From: Chrysomallon squamiferum
Taxonomy: Eukaryota > Animalia > Mollusca
Length of the DNA: 64,000 bases
Direction: 5' to 3'
Assembly: GCA_012295275.1 (NCBI GenBank)
Contig: CM022671.1
Coordinates: 8,556,001-8,620,000 of the forward strand
Shown: positions 25,267 to 41,200 of the stretch, piece by piece
Numbering within the stretch: the first letter of the stretch is position 1
Layout of the letters: each line of letters opens with the position of its first letter
Position numbers and translations under genes: made by a program
Notes under the pieces: model-generated
What the model saw: the letters and a program-made list of their open reading frames with translations, nothing else
Told to the model about the DNA's origin: nothing
Databases searched by the model: none

Positions 25267-26813
25267 ACTGATTGTAATTCTGGTTTCAAAAATGTGCTAC
25301 TGGTAGTGCTAAACTGACTTTAATAACAAGAGATCATGATCACCACTTAACATTTTTTAAAAAAACAGATGTCTTTTTTTCTGGATTTAAAATGTAAATG
25401 TTTGCTTTTGATATTAACTCTAGTTGTCTATTTGTAGAAATAGATTGTGTAAATTAGTATGTGTTTTCACCTAAATGTGGGTATACATTTAATAATAAAA
25501 ATTTGAAATACAGGTATTTTAAAATACTTCAGACCTTTCCTACATTTGTTTATATTTAATAATTTATTCATTTTAGTTCAATAATTGTCTTAACTGGTAA
25601 CTTGATAAACCTAACACTTTCATGTTTGTACATCAGAAGTTAATTTTATTTAAATTTGGACTCTAAAATAGATCAGTATTTTAAATTTCTACGCGTAATG
25701 TTGCAACATTTAAGTACTAAATTTAAAATATATATATATATAGTAAAGATACCAGCCAGATCATTCAGTAAATTGTAATGTTTTTTTGTATAATGACTGT
25801 CACTAATCTGTCTTTTCCTTTTTATTGTTCAGTGTAACTCTTTAATTCTGTAGCCCAGTTTGAACCTGTAAAAATTTCAACAAAAACAAAATGGAAAATA
25901 AATTTCTGAAGATTCCGAATTGTGTTGAATTTCTTAAACTGATAGTGACATGTATAACCTGACATGTGGAAACATATCAAAATATCTTTGGTTATAACAA
26001 GGAACAAATCACAATTTTTTTAATAAAAACAAAACACTGTTTGCTTGGTGAAAATAACATTACATTTTGAAAGATAGATGAAATATTATAATTAGGTAAC
26101 AAGGAATAAAATAGGCTTCACAGGCTGAGTCTCCAGCACTTGGTTATCAAGGGAATGTTAAAACAGGCAGTATAACTGATTATAGTGTGATACCTTTTTT
26201 TACGAAAGATAATTATATATTATCTTTCATATCTGTTTGTTTTTATTATATTAAAAATAATATAGTGTTACAATTTTTTTTATTATACAGCACCTTGGAA
26301 CAAGTGTAAACAGGTTATTTCCCACTAGAACTGTTAATTTTTTTTCTAAGATTCTAGAATTTAATGTGCCAACAAAACTGAAAAAACAACAAAAAAAAAC
26401 AACAACAACAAAAAACTAAATTAATTTTAAATTCTCACACTGACTTATTTGCATGCTAAATTAATGATATTTATTTAATAAAAATAAATTATAAATTGTT
26501 TACTGACATGCAACTGTCATCAGCCATATTTTTATTTTATTAACATGACAGAGAAAACCACATTACTGATGGGCTTCCTTTAACGATTTTCAGCAAAATA
26601 TCCTTGGTAAAGGAAACTGTAAATCATGACTTTATTTAATAAACAGTTGTAATAAGAAGGTACATAGGTTGGAACGGAAAATAGTTAAAAGGTGAGTAAG
26701 ATCAATCCCTTTGGCTAATTCTGTCTGCCCACACACAAATGTACATTATGTGTCAACTGATGACAACCTTATTTATATTTATGTTGTTGTAATTATTATT
26801 ATTTCATTTCTTC

Positions 26814-26990
<177 letters not shown>

Positions 26991-27329
26991 ATTGCATATA
27001 TTGAAATGATTTAAGATAAAAAAAAAATATATTATAATATTTCCAGACTGCGAAGTCGTATATTTTTATCCAAATATTGGTCCGGAAAGCGTATTTAATA
27101 CGACCACGGAAGTATTTTTAAAAATATATTTTATTATTTTTCTTCCCATATTTTTTTTTTTTTTAGAACAAAACCACTAGTAGATAACTTTAAAACATGT
27201 ATGATCTTATACAGTGATAATAAATAAATAAATCGATGGGCCTTATAGTCTGCAATATGTATCGAAAGGACCGCAAATTGTAAAGTGTTGTAAACGGTCT
27301 TGTGAGATTAAAATGAATGGGCTCTTCTA

Positions 27330-27487
27330 GCGGTGGCGTCTAGTTGCTATGTGACCAAGTAACTCTTGATTGGGTTGTCAACAAGCTACCAAGATGGCGG
27401 TTAAAGGGGTGCAGGTGCTTTTCTTGTTCGGGTACGATGTAGCGGACTGTTTGAATCTGATATATAATTTGTGAAAGGAAAATGCAG
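27330..27487 (+). promoter_or_regulatory. Probable promoter and non-coding first exon of the C3orf20-like gene
   Basis: GC-richer island; X-box-like GTTGCTATGTGAC (27343-27355); YY1-like CAAGATGGCGG (27390-27400); donor CAG|GTAAGG at 27488; acceptor at 28659. Confidence 0.6.
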
Positions 27488-27843
27488 GTAAGGGAATGGC
27501 TAACAAGTTTTAATTTTTTTTGTTTGTTTCTTTCGATTCAGTATTAAATAATCACTCTGGTACGACAGTAATCCCAGTGTCATGTTGAAGTTTAGCAGAA
27601 GATATAATTAATTTATTTTTTGTATGATAGGTTTCATGTTAGCTTACTAAGCACGCTCCTGAAAACTGAAGATAAATTCACCGTTTCCGCCACCTCAGAT
27701 TTTCGTCTATCCTAAAGGAATAAAAAATAAAATTCGACATGAAGTTTTTATGAAAGACTCATTTGTTGGAATATAATTATTTAATAGCAAATAAAAATAC
27801 TATGTATATCACTATATGCGTGAAGATACCAAACGATGAAATT

Positions 27844-27881
<38 letters not shown>

Positions 27882-27903
27882 TATAATTATAATTATAATA
27901 ATT

Positions 27904-27950
<47 letters not shown>

Positions 27951-28400
27951 TAAAAACTTTCATTTCATATCTTCATATATATATATTTAATCTTTTTGCT
28001 TTCAGTTTTTAATATAATATTTTCATAATTTAAAGTTTGACATGACTATTACCTCAAAATATTTAATTGTTTAAATCGATGAAAGGCTTTTGAATAAATA
28101 ATTAATAATTAACAATTCATAATGAAAATTAAGTTTTAAGCATATGAAATTTGATTAATGACTATAAAATATAATTATTACTTTTTATTTTAAAATGGAA
28201 ATTGTATTTACTCAGAATGATATAACAATAACAGAGAAAGTATTATTGAGCTATTTAAAAACTGATATTTTAATTTTTGCTTTAAACCCAAAACAAAAAA
28301 ATACAACAAAAAAACAAAATAGAATTTTCTTAATACTTACTGTTTATGGCAATGATTAATTTTAAGCAGAAAATATTTTGAATATTAAATTAATCTGCTC

Positions 28401-28440
<40 letters not shown>

Positions 28441-28737
28441 TAATTTAGTATTAATTTTGCTTTTTATGATTATTATTATTTTATATAGATTTTAATATAT
28501 ATAAATATTTCTCCAGACTTAAAATAATATTTTTATTAACTTTTTGTTGTAAATACTTTAATGATTATCTAAATTAGTAAGAAAAACTGAAATCTTTAGA
28601 AATGTCCATTATTAGTTTTTTGTAAATAATTTATAATTATTAAATTTATTAATATTCAGATATGATTTGGAGACATGATGTGATATCATGGTACACTGGT
28701 TGATGCTTTCATAAATCTCAGACCAAGTGACTTAAGT

Positions 28738-31215
28738 ATGGATCAAGAATCATATTTCTTCTACAACCAAGCAGGTTATCAAACTGCTAACAAACGATTT
28801 CGCAAGCTACCTGAAGACCTGCCAGAGAGCCTGAAGTTTGCTCATCTCAACCCAAAAGTGGCTGCTTACCTAGCAAACAAAGAGAAGCAGAAACATGAGG
28901 AAGACTTGTTTGGAGATGGACTGGGCAAGAAGAGTTTAATGCCTGAGATAAACCAGGCTTTCCAGCACATTAAAAACAGGCTTGACAGCTCATTACTCAA
29001 TGATGAAGATTCACAACGTTATTTATTTGAAGAGGCAAAGTCTTCAGCAGCAAATATTCTGCATCAGTTAGCAAGAATTATCTATTACTATGAGAACATT
29101 GCCAACTGCATTCCGAAAAGCCTGGAATATCAGCTCATGTCTGGCTACAAAGAACTCACAGCAGACGTTATTTTAGTCCCTAGAGAATGGCAGACCCTGG
29201 CTTCTAGAGACTCTTTTCTGAGATCTCTAGCAGAACAAGGAAGTGATGAGGACAGGATATTTCAAGATGATGATGGCAAGGTTTCAAGAACAGAGACAGT
29301 AAAACCTAAAAAGAAATCCTCAAAATTAGGACTTCCTGAAATTACTGAAAACGATGAAACTGGTCGGAATACCGGACCCTTGACTCAGCGAAGAAGTGAC
29401 AGTAAAAATTCTCCAGTTTCACGATCTCGGAGTCGGAAAAATCTTTTAGGTGTTGATACAAGGATGTCAGGTTAGTGTATAGAGTCTTCCTATTGTTAAC
29501 ACTGCTATTTTAACATGATTGTTATTATCTTTTTTTTAACTTTGTGTGTGTTTTGCCTTTTAATTTTAAGATTTGAAGTTATACTAACCATGGACCTTTA
29601 TTATTTTTAATTTATCATATGTAGCTTGATCTGTTGGTAATAAGTATAAAGTATACAATGAAGATTAAACTGGGTTTGCATATAATTATTTTGGTGTTTA
29701 ATAGATTAATGAATAAAAATATTTTAAAAATATATGAGTGTCATTTATAAGTGCTAATCTGTAACAACTACTTCAACTAAAGAATTTCCTTTTATAACTG
29801 AACTATGAAAAGAAATACAAAAATCAAACTCATTATTTGTTATTATTTTTATTTAAAAACTAATTTTGATTCTACATAAATTATTATACAGTTTTGTAGC
29901 TCTTGATGAAAAAATATCAAACTTATTATTACAAGAATCATGCTTTCTCATGATATTTATAATATAGCCTACAAGTTTTCCTTTTGTGAAAAAAAAAAAA
30001 AAAAAAAAAAGAATGAAAAAAAAAAAAAAAAAGAAAGTAAAAAGATAAGGGGAAAAAGACTGAATTTTATTTATACTGTCATACCAAATATTGCATACAT
30101 TCTTAAATAATATATTTGTAAAATAAAAGTAATTTTTATTATAATTAGATAACTTTACAAAGAGATTAGTATTTTGTACAAACTAAAATAATTTTTAGGG
30201 CATGGGCTGCAACTCAGTGTTGATGAACAAATCTGATGTGTGCTTGATCATGAGATCATTCTCTGTTGTGTTCCTGATAAGCATTTCTCAGTTCAACAAG
30301 TTTCTTTCACTAAATATTCAGCTATTAGCGTATATCATTTCTGTCCTTGATGAGGAAAACAAAACAAAATCCCCAGTGCATGTAAAAGAATAACACATTG
30401 TCATTTTTTTTTTTTTTCTCATTACCTTTAAGATTTTAACCATGTTATGTGCAATGCAGTATTACCATAGATAAGAAATCTATTCAACTGCTCCTCATGA
30501 TTGTTTGGGGGGTTTTTGGGTTTTTTTTTTTTTTTCATTTCTGAAACAAATACCTGATTCTCAAGCCATGTGATATGCTAGGTATAATTTTAATAATATG
30601 TTCAAAATTTTAATCACGTATGTTTTGTCATGCAATTTTATTTCAGGAGTAATACATGCCAAACATTATTCCAGACTGTTAGTCAGAAAACATGGTATGT
30701 CGCCATAAGTCAGTAGTCATCAGAATATTTTCTTTAATTAGTCTTCAGATTTTACAGTTCAGTAGAATTCTACATTATGTACCCCTTATTAGTTGAGTAA
30801 GTTTAAAATAGATTTTATAGTAGTTAATTCACATTAGAATGTAGCAGTTTAGAAAAAAGTTTTTAGTGAATAAAATATAAGAAAGAAAAGCTGTAAATAT
30901 TTTAATATAGACAGTACATTTATAGCTTATGAGTATAAAAGTAATAAAATATTTAGTAAATATTTAGTTGCTGTTTATCAGTTTAGATAAAAAGCACATA
31001 ATCAAGCATGTTATATTTTTTCACAAATACACAGTATAGTAAAATTAAAAAAATTATTTATCCATTCTGTTGTTTCTTTTATTATTATGATAATTTTTTT
31101 TAAATATCAATTTGCCATATATTATTTTATTTGTCATTATTGATAGATATAGATACAATTTTCAGTTAATTGTATATCCATATCATTCATTTCAGGTCAG
31201 TATGTTTCGGAATTA

Positions 31216-31260
<45 letters not shown>

Positions 31261-34200
31261 TTTTCAAATTTTTTATTTACTTTTATTTTAATTATGTACA
31301 TTATGGAATTTCCACTTTTTGTATTTTTCGGTTTATCATATAATTAAGCTTATATAGTTATCTTTCTCATGCAGTTTAATAATTATAAATGGACCATGAA
31401 CATAAACAAATTTCTTTCCTTTTTGTTCTCTTCTGAATGGTGAAATGTACCTCTAAACAAGGCGGTCAGCAAAGTGGTCATTATCAGGGGTCAATATATG
31501 TCTAGGGGTCAAACAGGAACAGAAATATGAACTGAAATTCAAAGGTGAAATGATTCTTATCAAGAATCAGTAATGAAGGAAAAATGCAAAGAAAATATTA
31601 CCTCTGAATTGAGAATTTTTTGTAAATAATATTTACTTATTATTTTACATGCTAAAATAATGATAAAAATATGCAGAGAAATGAAAGATATGTGTATATA
31701 TAGTTTACAATCCATGCAAAATACATATATTACTATTTCTATGAATACAACTGAACAGAAATTTGTATTTTTTTTAAATTAAAAAAAAATAAAAAATAAA
31801 AAAATATGCAGTTCCATATGTCAAAGTAAAATTATGTTTAATGACAGTATTTATAATTTTTTATTTCATTGTTGAAAACAATGGTTGTGGAGTAATGCAT
31901 CACTGCATTAGTCTCTGATACCTGTGAAAGGCATAATGTATGTCAACATAATTTTATAATTAATGTCACAGTGTACAGTTTTTTGATGAGATGCTTCTAT
32001 AGAAAAAGTAGGTAAAGTTATTATCAAGTTAACAAACACACTTTAAGTATATATTAAAAATAAAAAACAACCAGTCCTTGAGAACCTGTTCGTGTTCAGT
32101 TAGACATTAACGGCTTTATTTTGTTATCAGTAATCTGTTGAGTGCTGTATGTACAGCTCAACTAATTCCACTCTGCCTTCATTCAATCTACATTCATGAA
32201 ATTGTGACTATATTGTCGCAGGTGCTTAGCTCTCTTTAAGATCCTATCAAAATACAATGGGAAAGCTTTTGAAAATCATGAATTACCCACTGATTGTTAT
32301 TGTTATCACACATTCTCTCGTAATTATAAATACCAAACAAATGCTTTGAGTCAGTAACCTGTTGCTTCAGGTTGTGTAATAAAGTTTATGACACTGTTGT
32401 ATGTCAGTGTGAAGTTAATGACTGTGTAACAGTTGTAAATAAATCATTGGCAAAGCTGCAAAATTATTTTCAAAAGCAAGCTAGTTCAATCTCCCTGTCT
32501 GTCCCCATGACTGTCCACATTTCATCTTAAATTTAATAAATAATGAGATTGCCTATCATTAAATAATATTGCATAAAACAGTATTATTTTTCATAGGAAT
32601 ATATCAAAATCTCTGACTTTGTCATTTATAATTTAAAACAGTGTTATTTTCACCAAGAAATACCAAATTTCTGACTTGATAATATAATTTAAAATATTAT
32701 TTCTTAAAATTGTTATTATTTAAAAAGATACGATGAAGAAGAAAAACAATAAAACAAGATTTAATTTGGATAATAGTTTGAACATCTCATCTAAACACTG
32801 TGGCTGTTATTGAACAGCAGAATGATAAAACTACTACATGTGATTAAACTGCAGTTAGACACAGTCACAGCTGACAGAACAAAGACTTAACGACACCAGT
32901 GACAGGATAACAACAGCTATCCAATCACTTGAGATAAATGTCTCACAAACAAGGCTGGATTATACTAAATCTCCATAACAATCCTTATATTCCCACCGAG
33001 TGAGATGTAGTCTTGTTCTAACTGAGACTGACAGAACAAGAACTCACAGTTCAGTCCACTTCAACAGGCCCATTCAGGAAATTCACTGTTCCAGTCAGTG
33101 AACCACGACTGGTATATCACAATCAGATGACAGTGATATATCTTTGAATCAGATTCTGGTCTGGCACCAGCCCAGAGCCAAGCAGGGGAGCCAAATAAAC
33201 TTCTTTTTTAATTATGTTAGATGTAAACAGATATAATTTCATTAAAAAAAAAATTTAAAAAAAAAAAAAAAAAAAAATCATTTACATTTTTTTATTTAGA
33301 CATTAGATATGACAGACTCATTTAACCTTCTATCAATTTAGCTATGTTATGTACCCAGTTTATTTGAAATTTAAACATGGAAATACACTGAATTAAATGC
33401 TATCACTACTAACAATTTGCTTGGTTTTTCATAAACTGTATATATTATGACCAATTTAAAAAATTGACATTGATCCCAGAATCCCTAAATGTTTTAAGCA
33501 TAAATTTAAATAAATAAAGATTGAATTATTTTAAGACCACATTAAAATTTAAAAAAAATAAAAAAAAATAAAATAAAATTAACAAAACATTATATGAATA
33601 ACAGTGAAAAAACCTCACAAGTTATACATCTAAGTGTAAATGCAAGTATCAACTTGTTGGTAACTATCAATTTTCTTTAATAATATACAGGTACTTCTTA
33701 ATATATCCTACCAGTGGAAAGTTAATAATACTATAGGTGTGATCTATAGAGGATTGTTTGCAATTTTGGTAAAATATGTAAATCACATGCCTTTCACCAC
33801 TTTTTCAAAGATAATTTTTTCACGCTATTTTGTTAACTTGAAGCATGAAAATGTGTTTGAACTCTGTGATCATGTATCTGAAAGTTAGGAAACTTATTCA
33901 AGAATTATCATTATTTGTCACTTAAATATTCAGTGGCTACTTGTCTGTATGTAAAAGTATTTTCAAAGAATATCCTAACAAAGATATGAAAATAAATCTG
34001 AATGTAATTTTTATTTTTGTTTTGCTCTGTTTTAGTATAAATGATGTCATGTAGAATGTAATTGCCATTTTATTGACACAGTAAAAACAAAATTAAAAAA
34101 AAGTAGCTACTAATCATAACTAATAATACATTAAAATAATGGACTGATTATATATTGTAAATATATTTATTTATTTGTATTTATGTTAAATCTACAAAAA

Positions 34201-35407
34201 AACCTATTATTAGGTAAGTTGATAGCCAATATAACAATAATGTGAAGATCTACCAAGTATGTTTATGCCTTCAGTGCTTCATCAGGTACTTTTAGCTTGG
34301 CAGATACTTTAATGTAGTCATTTGAACATGTTGTAGTAAGTAATTATCTTTAGGCTGGCCAAATATGACTAAATCAGCTGTGTAAACATTAGTGGTGCTT
34401 TTTTCATTATTCCCAGATTGTATTTTTTTTATATATATATATATATAAATCATTATGTGACACATTTAATTCTTTCTGTACATTCATCTATGCCATCGAT
34501 GAATGATGTGAGCATTAATAATCTTCTGTAGTTATGTGAAGGCTTGTAGACAGTGTAATTGAGTCATTAAGACATAAGCTGCAGCCAGTTTCAAGTAAAC
34601 ACCCACTAGAAAACTATAGTGATTAACTTAGTCTTATCCAGCTAATCTTTTAATACACTGATATTATGTTACTTCCTGAAAACAATTCAAACTGTTTGTT
34701 ACTGAAATGAAAATTTAAAAAAAAACATGGAAATCAAAACTAACTAATAATTTTTTTTTTAAAATATGAATATTTTTTGGAATGTTAAATGAAAGTTTTG
34801 TTGTACATTGTTATCTTTTTCTTCAAAAATTTAATTAACATTTATAATTATTATTATTACCTCTATTTTAATCAAATTCATACTGCATCATAAAGCTGTT
34901 TGTTTTTAGTGTTTTTTTCCCCAATCTATTAATATTTATTTTTTCTCCAATAATATTTTTAAATTTGTGTAGGACTAGAAGAGCTTATCAATTATAGTTA
35001 GATTTGCTTAAACATTTATAAAGACATGTTTAAAACTAGATATAATGTTGAATGTCTTATAAATATATAATATCAGAAAAGGCTTCCCTCAGTTAGTATT
35101 AGTTTTAACTGTATAGTCATAAAATATCAGCCCTATTTTACTGAAATGCCATTTAATGAAATAGTTAAATTGTCAGTTTGTTTTATTAACTTAAGCACTT
35201 AAGTACATATACAGAGACATGACTAGCTGTCTCAAAACACTGAGTTACAACAGAATATCCAGTGTATCATGTCACATTTTCATCAGACCAGTTTGATGTC
35301 TGGCTATCACCTTTTGTATGTGTATCTGTGTGTTAAAATACACATATCTGTGACACATTCTATTTACTACAACTTGTATTTTAGTTATATATTTTTCTAT
35401 CTGTTTC

Positions 35408-35444
<37 letters not shown>

Positions 35445-37160
35445 TTATTTATTTATTTATTTATTTATATATTTATTAATAAACGGGAATAATCAGACAG
35501 AGCAATATATTATGGAAAATGAAAACAAGTTACATAATCAGTAAAGTTGTTTGTTACCACAATATCAGGTTATTTTCTTTGTTGCTAACCAATTCTGATA
35601 CTGATCTAATATAAAATAATATATTATTAAAGTTTTTTTGTTTTTATTTCTAATAATTATTATATTTTATAGTGTGTTGTTATGGACACAGACACAATAA
35701 AACCTTTATATGAATGAAAATGGTTTCTGAGTGTTATGAAAATAATACATTTATTCCTCTGCCATTTATATGCATTAGCTATTGGTTACTAAATCATTCC
35801 CATAACAATAGATAGAGAAATAAATACACTTTAAAGCAGTTTATTAGTGAAAAAATAAAACAGTCTCAACATTTATTTTGTGGTAAACTTATGTATTCAG
35901 TTTGTTTTCAACATATATTACAACCTAATTTTTAATTATCTTTTTCTTTATCTTTAAAACCTACTACATCAATTCCAGTGTTTTTAGTTTTTTTTTTTTT
36001 TTATTGGCATCAACCATTATTTTAGGATTTATATAAATTATCTCTCTCTTTTCTTGAAACTGTATTAGATTACAAAGGGTCATTACATATTTATTTCCAT
36101 TATATGAAGCCATTTTTTGAAAGTTGAATGAATCTTTATTAACATACATTATATTTTTGCTCTGTGTAAATTCCTATTAATATCACATTAGTATTTCTAT
36201 TATAATAATTATTGTCTCACATCATTTAGAAAATTAAAAACGTCTTTTTGCTTGTTATGAAGGCACTTTTTAAATAAGAGTGACTGTCATTTCAGTTTGT
36301 CCGTCTGTCCGTTCTAATGTGAGGAGGGGACCTGGTGATTCTGATCTGAAGTCTTTTGCCACAGAAACTATGTCAGAATCTAGATGTATGTACAGTTTAC
36401 TTAACATTGTTAATTCAAATCCAGTCTCTGTAATTGCTAATGGTAGTTTCCTCAAGGTTTTTATAACATTTTTGCCACATAATCTGTAAGAATCCAGATG
36501 TATGTACAGTTTATACTATATAAATTCATTCTCTATGGTCATCAGTAGTTTACATATGGTCATCAGTAGTTTCTTGTTTAAGAAATTATAATTCTTTTTA
36601 AAATTTCAGAGTCAAAAATATGGTGAAACTGCCATAAAAAACACAGCCATAATTGGGAATAATTATACAAGTGATACAAAAGGAATTCAAAGAAATGAAC
36701 TCAAAATTATATCAAATTAATTTCTAATTTTTTTTTCCATTTATATACTATATTATTAATATAAAATTCATATTGAGGGTACCCTTAATAGAATATCTTT
36801 AACATTTTTGCTCCATAATGATTTTAACCATGACCTATTATCTACTGGAGTTCATGAATAAATCCTGAAGCTTTTTTTATTTTTTTCAAAATACAGAAAG
36901 AAATTAATATTTTTTTTTTTTACCTTTAAGCTGACATTATTGTCATGATGTTTCATTTGCTTAACTAAAACTAGTGTAAAAAACAAATTTTTTGATGTAT
37001 TTTTTTCAATACATAATATGAATTAGTACATTTTAAACATTTTACAAAAAGCTAAATTATATGTGATAATATTATATTTTTAATTATTATTTTGGTGCTA
37101 ATATACTGAAAACTATTATGATTCAGTGATTAGTATTGATGATAATATGTTTTATTTGCT

Positions 37161-37195
<35 letters not shown>

Positions 37196-38186
37196 ATATT
37201 TTTTTCAGCCACAATGGGTTATGGGCCAGGAGCCTATATGTCAACCATTCAGTTCCAGCTTTCCTCTAAGCAGTGTGAAGAGAAAGGTAAAAAATGTTTG
37301 GTTTTATCTTTGTTTCTTTTTGAAATTACAATATGTTTAGATGGCAAAAATTTATAAATAATAAAATAAGCATTCTTTGTACAAAAACATTAAAAAGTCT
37401 TACAAAATATAACTTTATAACTGAATTACAGAAAACTAGTATAAATGATGTGATAAAAGCTAGGTTTAGAATAAAAATAAAAATAAAAATCTTATTAACC
37501 ACTACATCAGAAAGTAGAACAAATTATTTTCTGAATTTATATTATTAAATTCGTTATGTATATGTAAATTTTACCACAAACTAATCAACTGAAAAAAATA
37601 TGATATTAATATTTGTATTCACAGTTTAAATTATGTTTCTCACATTATTTGCACTACTTTCCTATGACAGGCTTATTGAACCAACTGTCTTTACATTATG
37701 ATTAAACATTAAAATTACTTGTATGTAATAAACATTAATTGTATGCACTGGTTTTGCCACGGCATTGTCTTTTTGCAGGCTGGATAGTGCAAAAAGGTCA
37801 TGAGAGTGAGATTGCCAGAGATGCACTGTTAGAATGGTGTGTCCACAGACTACAACAGAGTATGAAGCTCACGTGAGTTACACAAACATTTAACTGTAGC
37901 CTCACTGAACTACATCACACAACCATTTGTAAATCTTTAATCAAATATCATTACAATGAGTGTATTTTTAATAAGAGAGCATGAATTTCGTAATCTTTTC
38001 ATCATATTAATTATACCTTAATGAAATATCATTTTTAATTGTAATATTTTATTGTAAAAAAATTTTTTGAGATTATAATTTTTCTTTTCATTTTTTATAC
38101 TAACTTCAGGTTTAATATTTTAAAAAGATTATTTGGTTTTATATTCCTTTTCATTACCAAAGTATTTGTTAATATTATTGTTAATG

Positions 38187-38221
<35 letters not shown>

Positions 38222-41200
38222 GTTATCTTTTTGAAATATTGTCTAATAATCATTTGTGTTTTTGTAAATCTTCCACAGTTTAAATAGTAACTGTTAAATG
38301 ACAGTAACCCATTATATTAGCATAGGATTTTATCAAATATTTTACAGACAATAATTTTTTTACAGTAGACAATAATAATCTATCTTGATTTGATAACTTC
38401 ATATCATTTTTAAAACAACTGCTGTGTTTTAATTTCAGTAAACAGCAGCAGGCTCAAGATAAACAAATTGGATTGGATAAACCAGTTCAAGTTCGTTACT
38501 ATGGTGATACACGAAAAGAGACATTATTAAAATATCGTAAATCTCCAATAAAACAGACTCAAAATCCTGCATTGAAAGGTCAAAAACCAGTGATTCCGCA
38601 AATGTATAACAATGACAGAGATGAAGGGAAATTTTTATGTTTGACATCACATCTAGATGGAACTAGTGTAGTATAGTATCCTTTTTGCATGAAAATGGGT
38701 ATCACATCCAAAGTCACAACTCTTTCATTTTCAACATTTATTTTGTTTAAATTTATTTGATAGATTCAGTGGACTGGATTTTAAATTTGCTAAAAACAAC
38801 AACAACAGTAATAATAATAATTGTATATGCACAGCTATTTTGGTTACTACTTGGTATAATTTTTTTATTGGTTGTAAATACTTGTTAATACAAAAAAGCT
38901 AGCAGAGTTACAGTTCTTGGAGTGGCAGCTGTTCAGCAGTTAAAGAATGAAATGATCTCTTTCTACATAACTGACTGCAAAATAAATAATAATTTTTTAT
39001 GTCTTAATATCCAATCAGTGGAAGCATATTATAATTATTGTTTTAAATTAAATTAAATTAATAAATAAGTAAAAGTCCTTTATTTAAAAAAATATATTTT
39101 ATAGTTCTCTTCACTAAGTTACATAAGTGAATAATATAAAAATTGATCATCTTTATCACTTTTTTCTTTTTTTTGTGAGTGTGTGTGTGCTATTGTTTGA
39201 ATATTATATACTTTAAAAAAGAAATTACATATTTTTTCCTACTGAAAACTTTAAGTAAGAATCATCAGTACCTAACAGCTTTCACATGGTAATAATATTA
39301 ATATTAATCTTTCTCTTTTACTTTTATTATTATTGTTTTTTAATCAAAGTTCATAACAACGTTAATTAATATATTAATATAAATATTTGTCATTCTCTTT
39401 TTTTTTTTTTTTTTTTTTTAAAAATAACATCCTTAAGATAAATGAGCTCTCTTTTCAATGTATCCAGTGTTCTTTAACAAAATGTCAGTTATCCTTCGGG
39501 CCGAGTGGCAATCATTTCAAGTGCAGCAGGATTTGGCCGTCCTGGCTATTATCTGCTGGCCTATGATGATGACCATGACATGAAGTTACTGGGGTGTTTT
39601 ACCCCCAGTGGAAAAGGATGTATCTACCACAGCAATGGAAATATCAGGTACAAATTGTGGTAATTATGGATCTAAAACAGAAAAAAAAACAATAAACAAA
39701 TTTAGCATTGATTGTTACTGATTATATAGTAGGATATTATGCTTCGATACTTTAAAAAAAAAAAAAAAAAAATATAAATTGTATGTTAATGGTGCAGACT
39801 TAAAAAAGTTTTAAAATATCTTTTATCATTATTATTTGTTATTATTTGAAACAAAAGATGTGACTACAAAATGTTGCAGAATCAGAGACTGTTATTCAGG
39901 CTGTCATTTTGCTTTATTATTAGTAGAGTGCTGCAGTTTTTTATTAATTTTATTATTATATACAGTGCAGGATCATCATCATTTTGATGAGTATATCTTT
40001 CAAGACAAAACAAATTTCATGAATTTTTTTTTTTAAATGAATGAATAAATTAATTAATTAATTGTATCCACATATGAATGTAAACTGACAGTAAAGATGA
40101 ATTAAAATACCGATTACGGTTCCTTTTTTTTTTTTTTTTTTTTAAAGATTTGCTGGTAAATTCGTAATTTAATCATTTGTTTTAATTTCTATAACAGATT
40201 TCTGGCTACACAGAGGGGAGGACATGTAGCTAATGAAGAGGGTACTGTAACACAGAGGTGGAAGTGGCCATACAACAATGTCAAAATTACACAGCCTATT
40301 GCCTTTCAGGTTCTTTGCTAATTACATAAAAGAAAAAAATGTAAATGTTCTAGATGTATATGTAGATAATTAAAAAAATAAAATAAATAAGAAGTTAAAA
40401 TAAAATTTGCATCCTTTTATCATTATTAAAATATTTTTAAAATGTTTGAATTTTAAAGTTCAGTTAAAAGATATATGATTTTAATTTTTTAACATTATTA
40501 AATTGTATCAGAAATGACGAAATTTCTGTAATACTGGCTATGAAATTTTATTTGTAGAAATCAAAAGAATGATATGACACAGTCTGAATATTTTTGTTTG
40601 GTGCATCATCTTAATAATAAAATATAAATTAAAAATCTGATCAATTAATACTTCAAAAAAATAAATCATTGTTACAACTTTATGATAAATTTAAAAACAA
40701 ATAAATTATTAATCTTTCAGTATAGTTACATTTAGACTTTTAACTGAAGATATGTTTATTCTATAAAATGGTTGTCTTTAACTGGCTTCATATCTGTAGA
40801 TATACAGAGGTATATGAGCAAGATAAAGGCAGTTATTTAAATTCTAAAAATCTAATCTTGGCTTTTACTTCTGGAAATAGTTAAAAAAAAAAGTAATATT
40901 AGCTTATACAAAAAAAAGTTAGCAAATTATTTACTTGTAAACAAGCAGAGGTAATCAGTGTTTTAAAGTCTAATTTTGGTTTGGCATTCTTTTTCAGGAA
41001 ACATTACAGAATAATAATAATAAAAAAGTTATTTTGAAAATGAAATGTGTAACTTACCTCTGTATCAGTAATCCATTGATTTTAATGAAAAAATATAATT
41101 CTAAATAGTAGGTAAAAATACAGTTTGCTTTAACTTTGCAGATAAATAGTTAATTTGTTTTATTAATAAAATAACTCTAATTAATAGATAAAAAAATGTT

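Noticed and set aside
24139-25289. Overlapping and antisense ORFs within EF-Tu
   Set aside because: Shadow frames of a conserved CDS.
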